This document shows positions 26,799 through 37,645 of a DNA stretch of 64,000 nucleotides, one piece after another. Numbering within the stretch: position 1 is the first letter of the stretch; the number at the start of each line of letters is the position of its first letter. The notes under the pieces are model-generated. The model ran no database searches. It was not told where the DNA came from and saw only the letters and a list, made by a program, of their open reading frames with translations. The position numbers were made by a program, and so were the translations under genes. The stretch spans positions 62,930,001-62,994,000 of the forward strand of contig NC_090337.1 of the NCBI RefSeq assembly GCF_035084215.1, written 5' to 3'. The DNA comes from Heptranchias perlo (taxonomy: Eukaryota).

Positions 26799-27018
26799 GG
26801 TGTAAGGAAAGCAAAGACAGGTAGTAGGTGCACTGTACTACCCACATAGCATTGGCGGCACATGTCTTCCAGAGCCCATCGTAGATCCAGCTGGCAGTAA
26901 TTAGTGTGGTAGATGTGCTTGAGATCCTCCACTCATTAGACATCATGGAAACAGAGGCAAGGACTAGTCCCAGGAAGGCCAAAAGCAGAGAGAAAATCTG
27001 AATGGCTGTCACTCTCAT
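26799..27018 (-). CDS. Claudin first coding exon, distal alternative (1a), claudin-10a-like; TM1 plus ECL1
   Basis: ATG at 27018; 73 codons plus 1 nt (220 nt); consensus donor C|gtaagt. MRVTAIQIFSLLLAFLGLVLASVSMMSNEWRISSTSTTLITASWIYDGLWKTCAANAMWVVQCTYYLSLLSLH resembles CLDN10a (SNEWKV..VITATWVYQGLWMNCAGNALG). Joins exon 2 in frame (C+CT = Pro). Confidence 0.85.
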
Positions 27019-27229
27019 CCCTTCCTATCACTGAATAAATAGGGGCTGGTGTTGACCAAGAGAACCTGAAGGTTCTTATCTGCAGAGACAATAACGGAGT
27101 GAGAGTTAGTTGTCTGTTTCAATTAAAATGTCCACCACACAGTTTGGGAAATAAGCTCCTTGTTAAAGGGACATAGGGTTGGTTGGATCGGGAGGCTGCA
27201 AAGTAATGAAATGTGCAAATAAGGCAATG

Positions 27230-27305
27230 GGAATTAATCTCAAGGTCAATACTTTACATAAATAAACAGTTTCTGTTTGTAAAATAAGTGATTTATGTTT
27301 ACACT
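27230..27305 (-). promoter_or_regulatory. Candidate promoter module of claudin exon 1a
   Basis: TCAAGGTCA (ERR/NR5A consensus, 27240-27248) and forkhead-type motifs TAAATAAACA (27259-27268), TGTTTGT (27274-27280) and TGTTTAC (27296-27302). Motif matches only. Confidence 0.35.
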
Positions 27306-28849
27306 AGAGCTAATGGAAACAAAGTAAGGACTTTAGAATCTTGTGCAATTGAGCGCTTTTCACAATTTATCTTTATGTACTGTTGCTGGCTCTGGATTTG
27401 TTACTCTTCTGGGAAAGGCTTTTCTAACACCTCTCTCCCTCCTATACAGGGTCAAATAAAGAACTTGTTGCCTGTTGAATGATCCTTCTCTGCTCTCCAG
27501 CTTCCAACCTCTATCTTTTCCAGTGGCCTACTTTCTTGTTTCACCAATATTACTGCTGTTGTTTCTCCTAAGCTTCAACTACCCCAACCTACCTGTTCTT
27601 CCTTCTCTTTGCATCCTTACCAGCTCCCGTCCTAATTCATTCTTTCCTCGGACCACAGAAATGTGGAACTTCCCTTAGTTTTTACGTTCTCCTACAAACT
27701 CCAGGCTTTGAAAACCCAAGCTTGCAACCACTTAACCATTGCTACTTGAGTTATCTCACCTTCTCTCCTATTCCTTCCAACATGTGTGGTGTCCTCCACT
27801 ATGTATCTTGGCCTTTTGCCTTATTAAAAAGATTATCGTCTTGTCCCTTCCCTACAGCTCTACATCAGGGTTATGACTTTGGTGAAGAGCCACATCAGAA
27901 GGTGGATTGTGAACAAGTGGTGGAAAAACAAGATCACTACATTTTTAGCCATTAATTGAGCAGTGAAGGATTCTTTGCAATACTAATTGAGTTGTATCCC
28001 TAGGTTTGCAGGTTGTAAGTACCTGTCCACAGGTTCAACATATAGACTGGATTTTATATGAGAGCATGTAATGATAGAAGGTCATCACTCTGATCCATCA
28101 AGCCCATTCTTCCCACAGACGATATATAATTTGGTCTATCACCCAATTCATTGGGTTTCTTGAGGGAAGCTGAATAACTAGAGGTAAAGTGTACAGGAGC
28201 AAAATAGCCTATGAAATTTCTCCCCAATGCTTTATGCTCAGCATTTAGTCAGGTGCTTTATAATCGAAATAGCTACTAATCCATTTTATAAATGTTTATT
28301 AGCAGTTGGAAACATTTGGGATTTTTGAACAGGAATTTGGTTCATTACACAAGTCACAAAATATTCTTGAGTCTTTTCCTATTGACCCCTCTCACTCTCA
28401 GTTCAAAAATCTTCTGAGTACCTGCAGCCTTGTAAGAATGGTAGTTGAAGAACAATAGTAAATTAAGGTCATGTCGCAACTGCATTAAGGACCTATAGTG
28501 GGTTATTATGGCTGCTTGATTTTGCAAGCACCTTTGTAAAAGTTTTGAAATCTGTAATATTCCTGATTAAAAAATGATTTAGCAGGGAAAAAAAGAGAGA
28601 AAAAGAAAAACAAAAATAAAGAAATCGGGAACTCTCTCCCCTCAAAAAGCTATTGAGGCTAGGAGAATTCAAAACTGAGATTGATAGATTTTTGTTAGGT
28701 TAGGGAATTAAGGAGTATGGAACCAAGGTGGATAAATGGAGTTAAGATACAGATCAGCCATGATCTAATTGAATGGCGGACCAGGCTCGAAGGATTGAAT
28801 GGCCAACTCCTGTTCCTATGTTACGGTAACCTACTGAAAATCCAGGTTC

Positions 28850-29285
28850 AATTGGTAACATTCTCACCTCTGAGTCAGAAGGCTAAGGGCTCAAGCCCCA
28901 TCCAAGATTTGAGCACGTAATCCAGGCTGACACTTCAGAGCAGGACTGAGGGAATGCTGCACTGTCGGAGGTATTCATTATTGAATGAGACATTAAACTG
29001 AGGCCTTATTGGTTGTAAAAGATCCCATGGCACCATTCATCGAAGAGCTGGGAGTTCCCTGGTATCCTGCCCAATGTTTCTCCCTTAACACATACCACCA
29101 CCACCAAATACAGATTAACTGCTCACTACTTTCATTTATTGTTTGTGGGATCTTGCTGTGTACAAAATGTGTTTGCATAAATAACAGTGACTGCACGACA
29201 TCTCAACAAAGTAATTTGTTGATTGTGAAGCTCTTTAGGAGGATGTGATATGATGCTATGTGAAATGCAAGTTCATTCTTTCTTA
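28850..29285 (+). mobile_element. DeuSINE, degenerate
   Basis: Homologous to 1190-1590. Confidence 0.7.
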
Positions 29286-30221
29286 ACATTGCACTTGTAC
29301 ATAATTGAACCTTCCCTATGTGGCATTTCCTGGTCCCAACACAGGAATATATTTAACGGTCATTTGCAACATGCGTCCATTATAGGAATGATGGTCAAAA
29401 CCAGTGATAGCTCCATTTTGCCTTTGCTCGTATTTCTTTGCTACAACCTTAACACTAAATGGACAGCAAGGTGGGATTTGGTTCATTTATATAAGAGCAG
29501 GAGCCCTGGTCTGTGAAGAGAATCTTTCTTTTCTCAAGGAATAGAAATAGAAATACCACAAAGTAGATGGATTATATTTTATTTACTCTCAATTTAAATG
29601 GCTTTTTCTGGGGTTCTCCTTATCCCATTTTCCAGATAGGTCACGGCCAAGATTCCAGCTGCACTGAAACTGTAGAGTCACCACATGATGGTGTCTTTCA
29701 CTTGGATTTTCCCACTCTCTCTATGGGCCGTGTCCCTTTGTTTCATCTTGAGAATTTGCTACATAGGAAATTGAAGGTAGAAACCCATGATGTTGTGACA
29801 CTATGGCCCTAATTTGTTGTGCTATCCCTCTGGCTCTATCCACTTCATGCACCATCGGCTGCCTGCTCCCAGGACTCCACTAATACAACTCTTAACACCA
29901 AATCAAGGGCACTTCCCACAGGAGGGAAGCGAGGGAATATCAAAGGACCCCTCATCACTTGATCACTCTTGGAGTTCTGAGAGCAAGGGTGCTCACCTGA
30001 CTGCCAACTCTACTATCGGTGGTGTTTGGCTCAGAGAAACTGGGTGTGGAGGGCATGGAGAGAGAGAATAAACAAGAAAAATTAAGTTGACAGAAGAGGT
30101 AATTGTATTGTAACCAAATCGTAGGCAACAGAATGACCTCTAGGGGTGGCAGTCATTGAATCATGTGGTCATTAAATTCTAACAGACCAATATGGAAGCA
30201 AGTATTAAAAAAAATCGTAGT

Positions 30222-30277
30222 GCATATGCATTTAAGTATATATCCCTCATTAGGGATATATACTTAAATGCATATGC
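30222..30277. repeat. Perfect inverted repeat, 26-bp arms with a 4-nt spacer
   Basis: gcatatgcatttaagtatatatccct-catt-agggatatatacttaaatgcatatgc. Confidence 0.95.
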
Positions 30278-30290
30278 TATATATACTATA

Positions 30291-31470
30291 GCTAAAGTTG
30301 AAGCTCATGGAATTGAGGGCAAATTATTGACCTGGTTAGGAAATTGATTGAGCACAGGAGACAGAGAGTAGGGATAATGGGCAGGCACTCAAATTGGCAG
30401 GATGTGACTAGTGGTGTCCCACAGGGGCCTGTGTTGGGGCTGCAACTATTCACTGTATTTATTAATGACTTAGATGACGGGATAGAGAGCCACATATCCA
30501 AGTTTGCCGATGACACAAAGATAGGCAATATTGTAAGCAGTGTAGATGGAAGTATTAAATTACAGAGAGATATTAATAGATTAAGTGAATGGGCAAAACT
30601 GTGGTAAATGGATTTCAATGTAGGCAAGTGTGAGGTCATCCACTTTGGACCTAAAAAGGATAGATCAGAGTACTTTCTAAATGGTGAAAAGCTTGAAACA
30701 GTGGAGGTCCAAAGAGACTGAGGGGGTCCATGTACATAGATCATTTAAAATATCATGGACAGGTAGAGAAAATAAGGGCTGATGCTTCAGCCATTATTCT
30801 CCGGCCTTCTTATCCTTGTACAAGACCTTGGTCAGGCCTCAGTTGGAATACTGTGTCCAGTTTGGTCTCCCCACATGGTGGGTGATATTGAGGCTTTGGA
30901 AAGGGTGCTGAAGAGGGTCACTAGACTAATTCCTAGTTTAAAGCATCTTAGTTATCGAGATAGACTAACAGAACTGGGACTCAACCACTTTAGAGAAACA
31001 TAGACTTAGGATTGATCTGATCAAGGTTTATAAGATGATGAAAGGAATAGATTGTGTTTGAGTTGACGGTTTGTTCCAATTAAATAGGTTAGGGAGGACC
31101 AGGGGGGTCACAATTTTAAGCTGTATAAAAGGCCAGATCGAGGTTAGATGTCAGGAGGTGGTTCTTTTCCCAGAGAATAGTGGCCCTCTGGAACAGGCTG
31201 TCCGCTCGTGTGGTGAACGCCGATTCACTGACTTCCTTCAAGCGAGAGCCGGACCTGTTTCTGGCTGGGGCGGAGATCACCTCTTACAAAAGGTAGGTAA
31301 TGAAATGTATAGAATTCAGGGCCAGAGTGATCGCCTGGACTAGTTTCAATCACCTAAGGAGTCGGAGAGGAATTTCCCAGGTTTTATTCCCCCAAATTTG
31401 CCTGGGTTTTTATCTGGTTTTTCGCCTCTCCCAGGAGATCACATGGTTTTGAGTGGGGTCTTTTTCTGTC
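30291..31470 (+). mobile_element. CR1 RT fragment joined to an older CR1 3' fragment
   Basis: GVPQGPVLG and FADD in 30291-30775 (same subfamily as 12490-12975), then a divergent CR1 C-terminus. Confidence 0.8.
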
Positions 31471-31559
31471 TGTCATTGTTCGTATGCTCGTATGTTGGTA
31501 ACTCTTATCCAGGCCCATTTTGCCTCCTCCCTGCCTTTAAAAGTCTCTGAAAAAAAGGA

Positions 31560-31925
31560 AAAATTTGCATTGATATTGTGATTTTCATATCCTCAAGACG
31601 TTTCTGAAGTTTAGTCACTGATGGTATGCAATCTAACACAGAAAGGACCCACAAATAGCAAATAAGACAAAAGACCAGTTAAGCTGCTTTAGGTGATGAT
31701 GATTGAGGGAGGAATGTTGGTCAGGACACTGGAAGAAATCCCTACTCCCTTCCATTCACCTGGACAGACAGGTAGAGCCTCAGCTGCACATCTCGTCCTA
31801 AAGATAGCACCTCCAACAATGCAGCACTCCCCCAGTCTTGCACTGAACTGGTAGCCTAGATTATGTGCTGAAGTTCTGCAGTGAGGCTTGAACCTGCAAC
31901 CTCCTGGCTCAGGAACAAGAGTGGC
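31560..31925 (-). mobile_element. DeuSINE, degenerate
   Basis: Reverse-complement similarity to 1190-1590. Confidence 0.6.
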
Positions 31926-32109
31926 CCCAGTGATGCAAGCTTGAAATTAAAAGTCCATCTCTTTGGCCATGCCTTCGGTTTCCTTCCAAATTCTTTTATT
32001 TCCCACTTGGAACGCAACACGCCCCATTGTGATGGGCTTTGAGAGGTTCTTTTACAACTGGAGTGCTATATAAACACCAAGTTCTGACAGAGAATAACAA
32101 CTATTTGCG

Positions 32110-33139
32110 GCTGTTTCCATCCAGTGCCCGAGCCCGGGAACACATATAGATAAGGAGGGTGCGGAGGTGGAGACCCCAACAGGCATAGCGGTCTCCCTCC
32201 CTCCGCATCCCTCTGGGAAAAAAAGGTGCCACTCGTTGGAAGCGGAGGGGAAGCCTGCAAAGGGACGCCCCCCCTCCCCCCCCATGGGAGAGGAGTCAGC
32301 GTCGGGCGTGGATCCTGCGTTCTCCCCCCACCCCTCACCACCTCACACCATTGGCAGGAGTCGTCCACCTCTCGGGAGGGTGGGACAGGTCCTTCTGTCC
32401 AGCTTGTACCTCCCGGTTTGTGGGGGGGGGGGCTGACGGGTATAAGGAAGCCCTGCCTATAGGGGGGTGGGGGGGGCCATGGATCCATTAATCGAACTGT
32501 CACTTGTCACCGGGTCGAGTGTCCAGGGGGCTGGGGTGGGCGAGGCTGATGAGGCTGAGGTTAACCAGCCACAGCAACTTGACATCTCCCAGGAACTGCT
32601 CGACCTGGTTGACGACGTTAATAAAAACACTCCATCCGCTGGGTCGGTTGGTGGTGATGGTGAAGGGGAGAGCCCACTCTCCCCATCTCTGGGCTTGGTG
32701 CCGGGCACCTTGGTGGAACTGGGGATAGTCTTATTCCCTGTTTTGCTGTAGAGCCCGGTGCTGGAGTTATACTGCGCAGGGGCGGGAGGGGGCCTTTGCT
32801 CGCCACCGCCCTCTGACCCAGACCCCTCCGGAGGACCCTAGGAAGGTCTCCTCTGCCGTTGATCCTGGGGGTGAGATTGGCACAGAGGGAAGGCCGGCTG
32901 GTGCCCCCGATCCGTTTGCTGCACCCTGTGCGGGGGGGGGTGGGTCGGCCGCGGGCAGTGATGACCTTGAGGAGGATGGTTACTCGGTGTTGGGCACCGG
33001 GGACGATTTGGGGTCCATTGCCAGTGAGGTGGTGGATTGCCTCGTGCCCCCTACCGAGTCTCCCCTCATCCCCATTGAGGAACTCCAGGAAATTGTAGCA
33101 AACAACTTGCGTCATCGAAACAAGGTTCAGAAAAAAAAC
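32110..33139 (+). mobile_element. GC-rich retroposed insertion with a 13-bp TSD and short A tail; probable Tx1 ORF1 fragment
   Basis: Direct repeat acaactatttgcg at 32097-32109 and 33140-33152, with A8 just before the right copy. Confidence 0.7.
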
Positions 33140-33720
33140 ACAACTATTTGCGAATGATTAGAAGTGAAAATTGTTCAGATTGTAATATGAACAGTGAGAG
33201 CTGAATAAATGTCATCTGAACCCTGAGATTAGATTGTGCTGTGAAGCTGCCCCAATTCTACTTCTGTTTAGAATCCATTGAATGTATTCATTTATATAGT
33301 ATTACATAGAAATTACAGCACAGGAAAAGGCTATTTGGCTCAACTGGTCTAATTTATGTTGGGCTTTTGTTGAATCTTTTGGCCCTCAAACTCCTGGAGA
33401 GGTCTTGGGAGTGGTGTTGGGGGGTGGGGGGGGTATAGGGGCATCCGGCTGAGAAGAGGGCGGAGGGGGGGTTTGAGGGTGAGAAATTTCACCGTGAAAT
33501 GGTATGATATATTTCCCTTCTTTATATGACAAGCGGGAGGGCATATTATGGGCTTGCCTCTGAAAGTGCTGGGATTCCTGATGGGCTGAAATGAGAGGCC
33601 GAACTCTGGCGAATGGATGTCCACCCCAGGTTTCGGCTTCCCTGTTGCCTGAGCAAGCCCCGGAAATCTAAGGGCCATTGTGTTTAGTTTTGAGTCCAAT
33701 CAGCCAGCAGGGTGAACAAT

Positions 33721-33908
33721 AATGACCAATAACCAATGACCAATGACCAATGCTCACTACCAACCACCAACCACCAATGACCAATGACCAATGCTCACTA
33801 CCAACCACCAACCACCAATGACCAATGACCAACGACCAATGACCAACGACCAATGACCAGCGACCAGTGACCAACGACCAATGCTCAACGACCAACGACC
33901 AAGGACCA
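33721..33908. repeat. Degenerate 7-bp tandem repeat (accaatg/accaacg/accaacc)
   Basis: Direct inspection. Confidence 0.9.
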
Positions 33909-34277
33909 GCACTTTCCACCTTTTGGATCCATGATGGTGTTAGCAGAGGAGGGCTGTGAGGTCATTACTGTGCAGGTAGTCAGAATCCATAACTGCTCAC
34001 TGGTCATTCCATCATCCCGTGTGGCTCACATCATATGGACAACATGGCAGTCCTTTCCGAGACTTCACTGCCATCGCCACTGGGGACTTTTTAACTTCCT
34101 GTTTATGAAATTGGTCAATTACTTCATAATGCCAGTGCCCGGATAACTCCATGGGCGAATGGACCTCCTCATAAGATATGAAAATGACAGGCAGGAATAA
34201 ACCAGCTGCGTCTCATTTTATACCAGGTAGATATAATCAGTAAAACATGCCACTGATTATTAGTTAAAGAAAAAGAA

Positions 34278-34700
34278 GAAAGAACTTGCATTTATATAAC
34301 GCCTTTCATGAGTTCAGGACGTCCCAAAGCGCTTCATAGCCAATGAAGTGCTATTGAAGGGTATTCACTGTTTTAATGTAGGAAACACGGCAGCCAATTG
34401 CTCATAGCAAGGCTCCACAAATAGTAATGAAATAAACGACCAGATAACCTGGGTTTTTTTACGTGTTGGTTGAGGAATCAATATTGGCAAGAACATCCCT
34501 GCTTCACTTCGAATAGTGCCATGAGTTCTTTCACATCTTCCTGAGAGGACAGACGGGGCCTCAGTTTAATGTCTCATCCAAAAGATGGCACCTCCAACAG
34601 TGCAGCACTCCCTTGATACTGCACTGGGTGTGTCAGCCTAAATTTTGCACTCAAGTCTTTGGAGTGAGAATTGAACCCATGACCTTCTGGCCAAGGCTGA
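34278..34700 (-). mobile_element. DeuSINE
   Basis: Reverse complement of the family, including the cttgcatttatata tail. Confidence 0.72.
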
Positions 34701-35565
34701 CACCAGTTAGTTTGGTTTCTCCCGTTGAAGGTAGTTGTGACTGAGCTGATTTCTTTCAATTAATTTGAAACAGCTACCAGCGGCTGGTTTAAAACAACAA
34801 TCTCAGTTGTTGAATGACATGCCATTGAAACAATGTTAACAGTAAAATAGACTGAATTCTAGAATGCTTTTACCTCTCTGCCAGTGACTGTGTGTGTGTG
34901 TCAGTCCAAATGTCCTACGCACTGTCTGTTGTGCAAACAGAGATTGGGAGGGACTCTCTCATCTCTCCCTCTCCAAAACTTCGGAACATCCCTGGGGCGA
35001 CGGTGCTGACCTTGTTTTTGCAAGTAAACCAAATTTTAAAAACCCTCCCGCCGCCACAGTAATCACATCCTGCTCCCCAGAGAGACCAGAATGTGAGGAC
35101 ACGCGATGAGCGAACGACTGGATGCAGAATTTATCCCAAAGCTGAGAAAGAAAGAAAGAAAGAGTGAATGAACTTGTATATCTCTAGCACCTTTCGCGAC
35201 CTCTGGACGTCCTAAAGTGCTTCACAGTGAATGAAGTATTTTTGAAGTGCAGTCACTGTTGTGATGTAGGAGTCAAGAGAGTTGTATTATGTTCATAACA
35301 CAAGTGGGGATTAACCAGAAAACAGCGGGCAGTTGGAACTGATTACTTACAGTGTCTCAGTTTATAAAGTTAGTCAAATGGATCCAGCTTCTAACGTCTT
35401 CTACTACTTCTGAATCTACAAAGGAATTTTCTAATATTAAAAATTACAATACAAATGACCAAAATGAAAAATAAATGTATAGGTTTCTTCGCTTGAACAG
35501 GGAATGTTGAGGAGGTAATCGAAGTTTTCAAAATGATGAAGATGTTGAGAGGACAGTGAAAGATT

Positions 35566-35685
35566 GGGGGTAATTTTGACTTTGTGCGATGGTGTAACGG
35601 AAATAAAAATGGGGAGAGATGTAAAACGGGCTGCCGATTCATGCTCACCCATTTTACACTATCACAGAAAGTCAGAATTGCTGCC
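35566..35685. mobile_element. Harbinger/PIF-like MITE inside an old CR1 3' fragment
   Basis: TIRs gggggtaattttgacttt / aaagtcagaattgctgcc with TSD ATT on both sides. Confidence 0.68.
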
Positions 35686-37487
35686 ATTGTTTCCACTGAT
35701 TTGGGGACTCAGTAATCAGGAGGCCGTAGACAGAAAGTTATCACTGGAAGAATGAAGGGGGAAGTAAAAAGAATTAATTTCACACAGGCAGTTATTAAAA
35801 ACATGGGAATTGCTTCAGTTCGGCACAAAAGGCCAATGAGACAGAGGATATAACAAAAAAAAATTGGATAAGTATTTGGAAAGGAAGAATATAAAAGGAT
35901 ACAACGAAAGCATACGGAAATCGAAGTAGAGTGGAGAGCTCCAGTTGAAAAGCTAGCACCAGCACTGGTGCAATGGGCTGAATGGCCTCCTCCTGTGCTG
36001 TAATTTCAAGATTCCGAGGATGAAATTCCTTGAGCCTCCCTTAGTCACCGGGAGTGCAGCAGAGTGGGACTTCTGGCCGCCAGTGTTGACCTGTCCCAAA
36101 TCCCAGGGATAAGGTCATTAGCATGAAAGGGGTATGCGCCCGTGCCATGTACTGTGCTTCCTGCGCCGACCCCCAAGGAGACCAGCAATGTCAAGAATGG
36201 ACCTTGCCACTGAGTCGGCGGGGGGAGGAGGGGATGGATGTATCAGCCAAATTGTCGAATTTCAAAAAAAAAATCAGTAGTTTCTTTACAGCTGGTCTCT
36301 GAATGGCAATTGACCTCTCTGTGATAGGAAACTGGCATTAGGCCCCAACTCCAGCTTGGTTCAGTCAGTATGCCTTATTCATGCAGGTGTACATCACCTT
36401 GACAACAGGAAAGGCTCAACTGTGGGATTTCTGGTGGGGGGGAGGGGCATTCCTCCAAGCCTGCCTCCTTGAGCGATGTCACAGCAGAAGCAAGAGGTGC
36501 CCTTGTAATTTCACAAGAGGGGCAGAAACCCAGCAAAACTTGGCCTTGCTCCATATTCCAGGTCCCTGCCACCCAGCCCAGCTTATGCCCTCGTTCTGCC
36601 CTCCTGGGCCCAGGAATTTCAGGGCCTCTATCTCTATCCTCTTCTTCTCAACACTCCCTCTTTCTACTCCAGTTTTTCTCCACATAGACTCACTTTGCAG
36701 AGTCTTGCCCTGAAATTTCTCTCTGATTCTCCATGCAATCTCTCTGTTTCTCTTTCTCTCTGCTCCCTAGCTCTGTTTACAAATATTCTCTTCCTTTCTC
36801 CCCTGTCCTCACACATTCAGTCATTCAGTATCAGGGCAGACAGACTGTCATTGAGCTACCAACAGCTAGACAGACATACAATGGAAGACACAGAAAGAGA
36901 GACAGCGGGAAAAAGATGAAAACATTGGCATCACCTTAGTCAGGAAGGTCCAAACATTCATTCAAGATTCCACTCCTCTAATTCTATGGTGTCTGAATAA
37001 TGACACAGGGATATATAAGAGGATCTCATAAAAGCTCACAATAGTGTGAATCAGATTGACAAGAGAGACTACATGATGTGACAGTTGGGCCTCACAATAT
37101 TGTAAATCATTCTATAATGTACTTAATCTTTTATTATGCACATGATTGAGCCCATGCAACATACTGTAACCAAGATTGTCCAACATCAGACCACTGGGAC
37201 TGTGGTGTCCTTAGATCTGTAGACTCTGGTTGATGTGCTCCTCTTATCTGTGCTGGCTTCAGGAAGGATATCCGCTACTGTCTGACCGTACATTGTAAGC
37301 TCTGTTCCCCACCTAGGCTTCACTGCACCTCTTTGGTTTGCATACCTTCCTCAGTCACACCAGGGTCTTCATGCTGGACAGCCATCTTCACCTCCCTCCT
37401 CCCAAGGTTACATTGACTCTGAGGAGTTGCACATGGAAGAATCATCTGTGGAGACATGGAGTTTTGCTTGCTTTAAGTTGCCAGATT

Positions 37488-37645
37488 GTTGTCAAAACCC
37501 AACTGGTTCATTATTGTTTTTCAGGGAAGGGAAACTACCGTCCCTACATGTGACTCCAGTCCCACACTACGTGGTTGACTCTTAATATCCTCAGCACAAC
37601 TTGGGGTGGGCAATAAATGCAGCTTTGCACGTGTCGCGCACATCT
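37488..37645 (+). mobile_element. SINE remnant sharing its 3' tail with LINE family B
   Basis: Ends gggtgggcaataaatgc...gcacatc, compared with the LINE-B tail gggatgggcaataaatgctggcc...cccacatcc. Confidence 0.5.

Noticed and set aside
33668-33919. Trp-rich WSLVIGH-repeat ORF
   Set aside because: Translation of the 7-bp tandem repeat.
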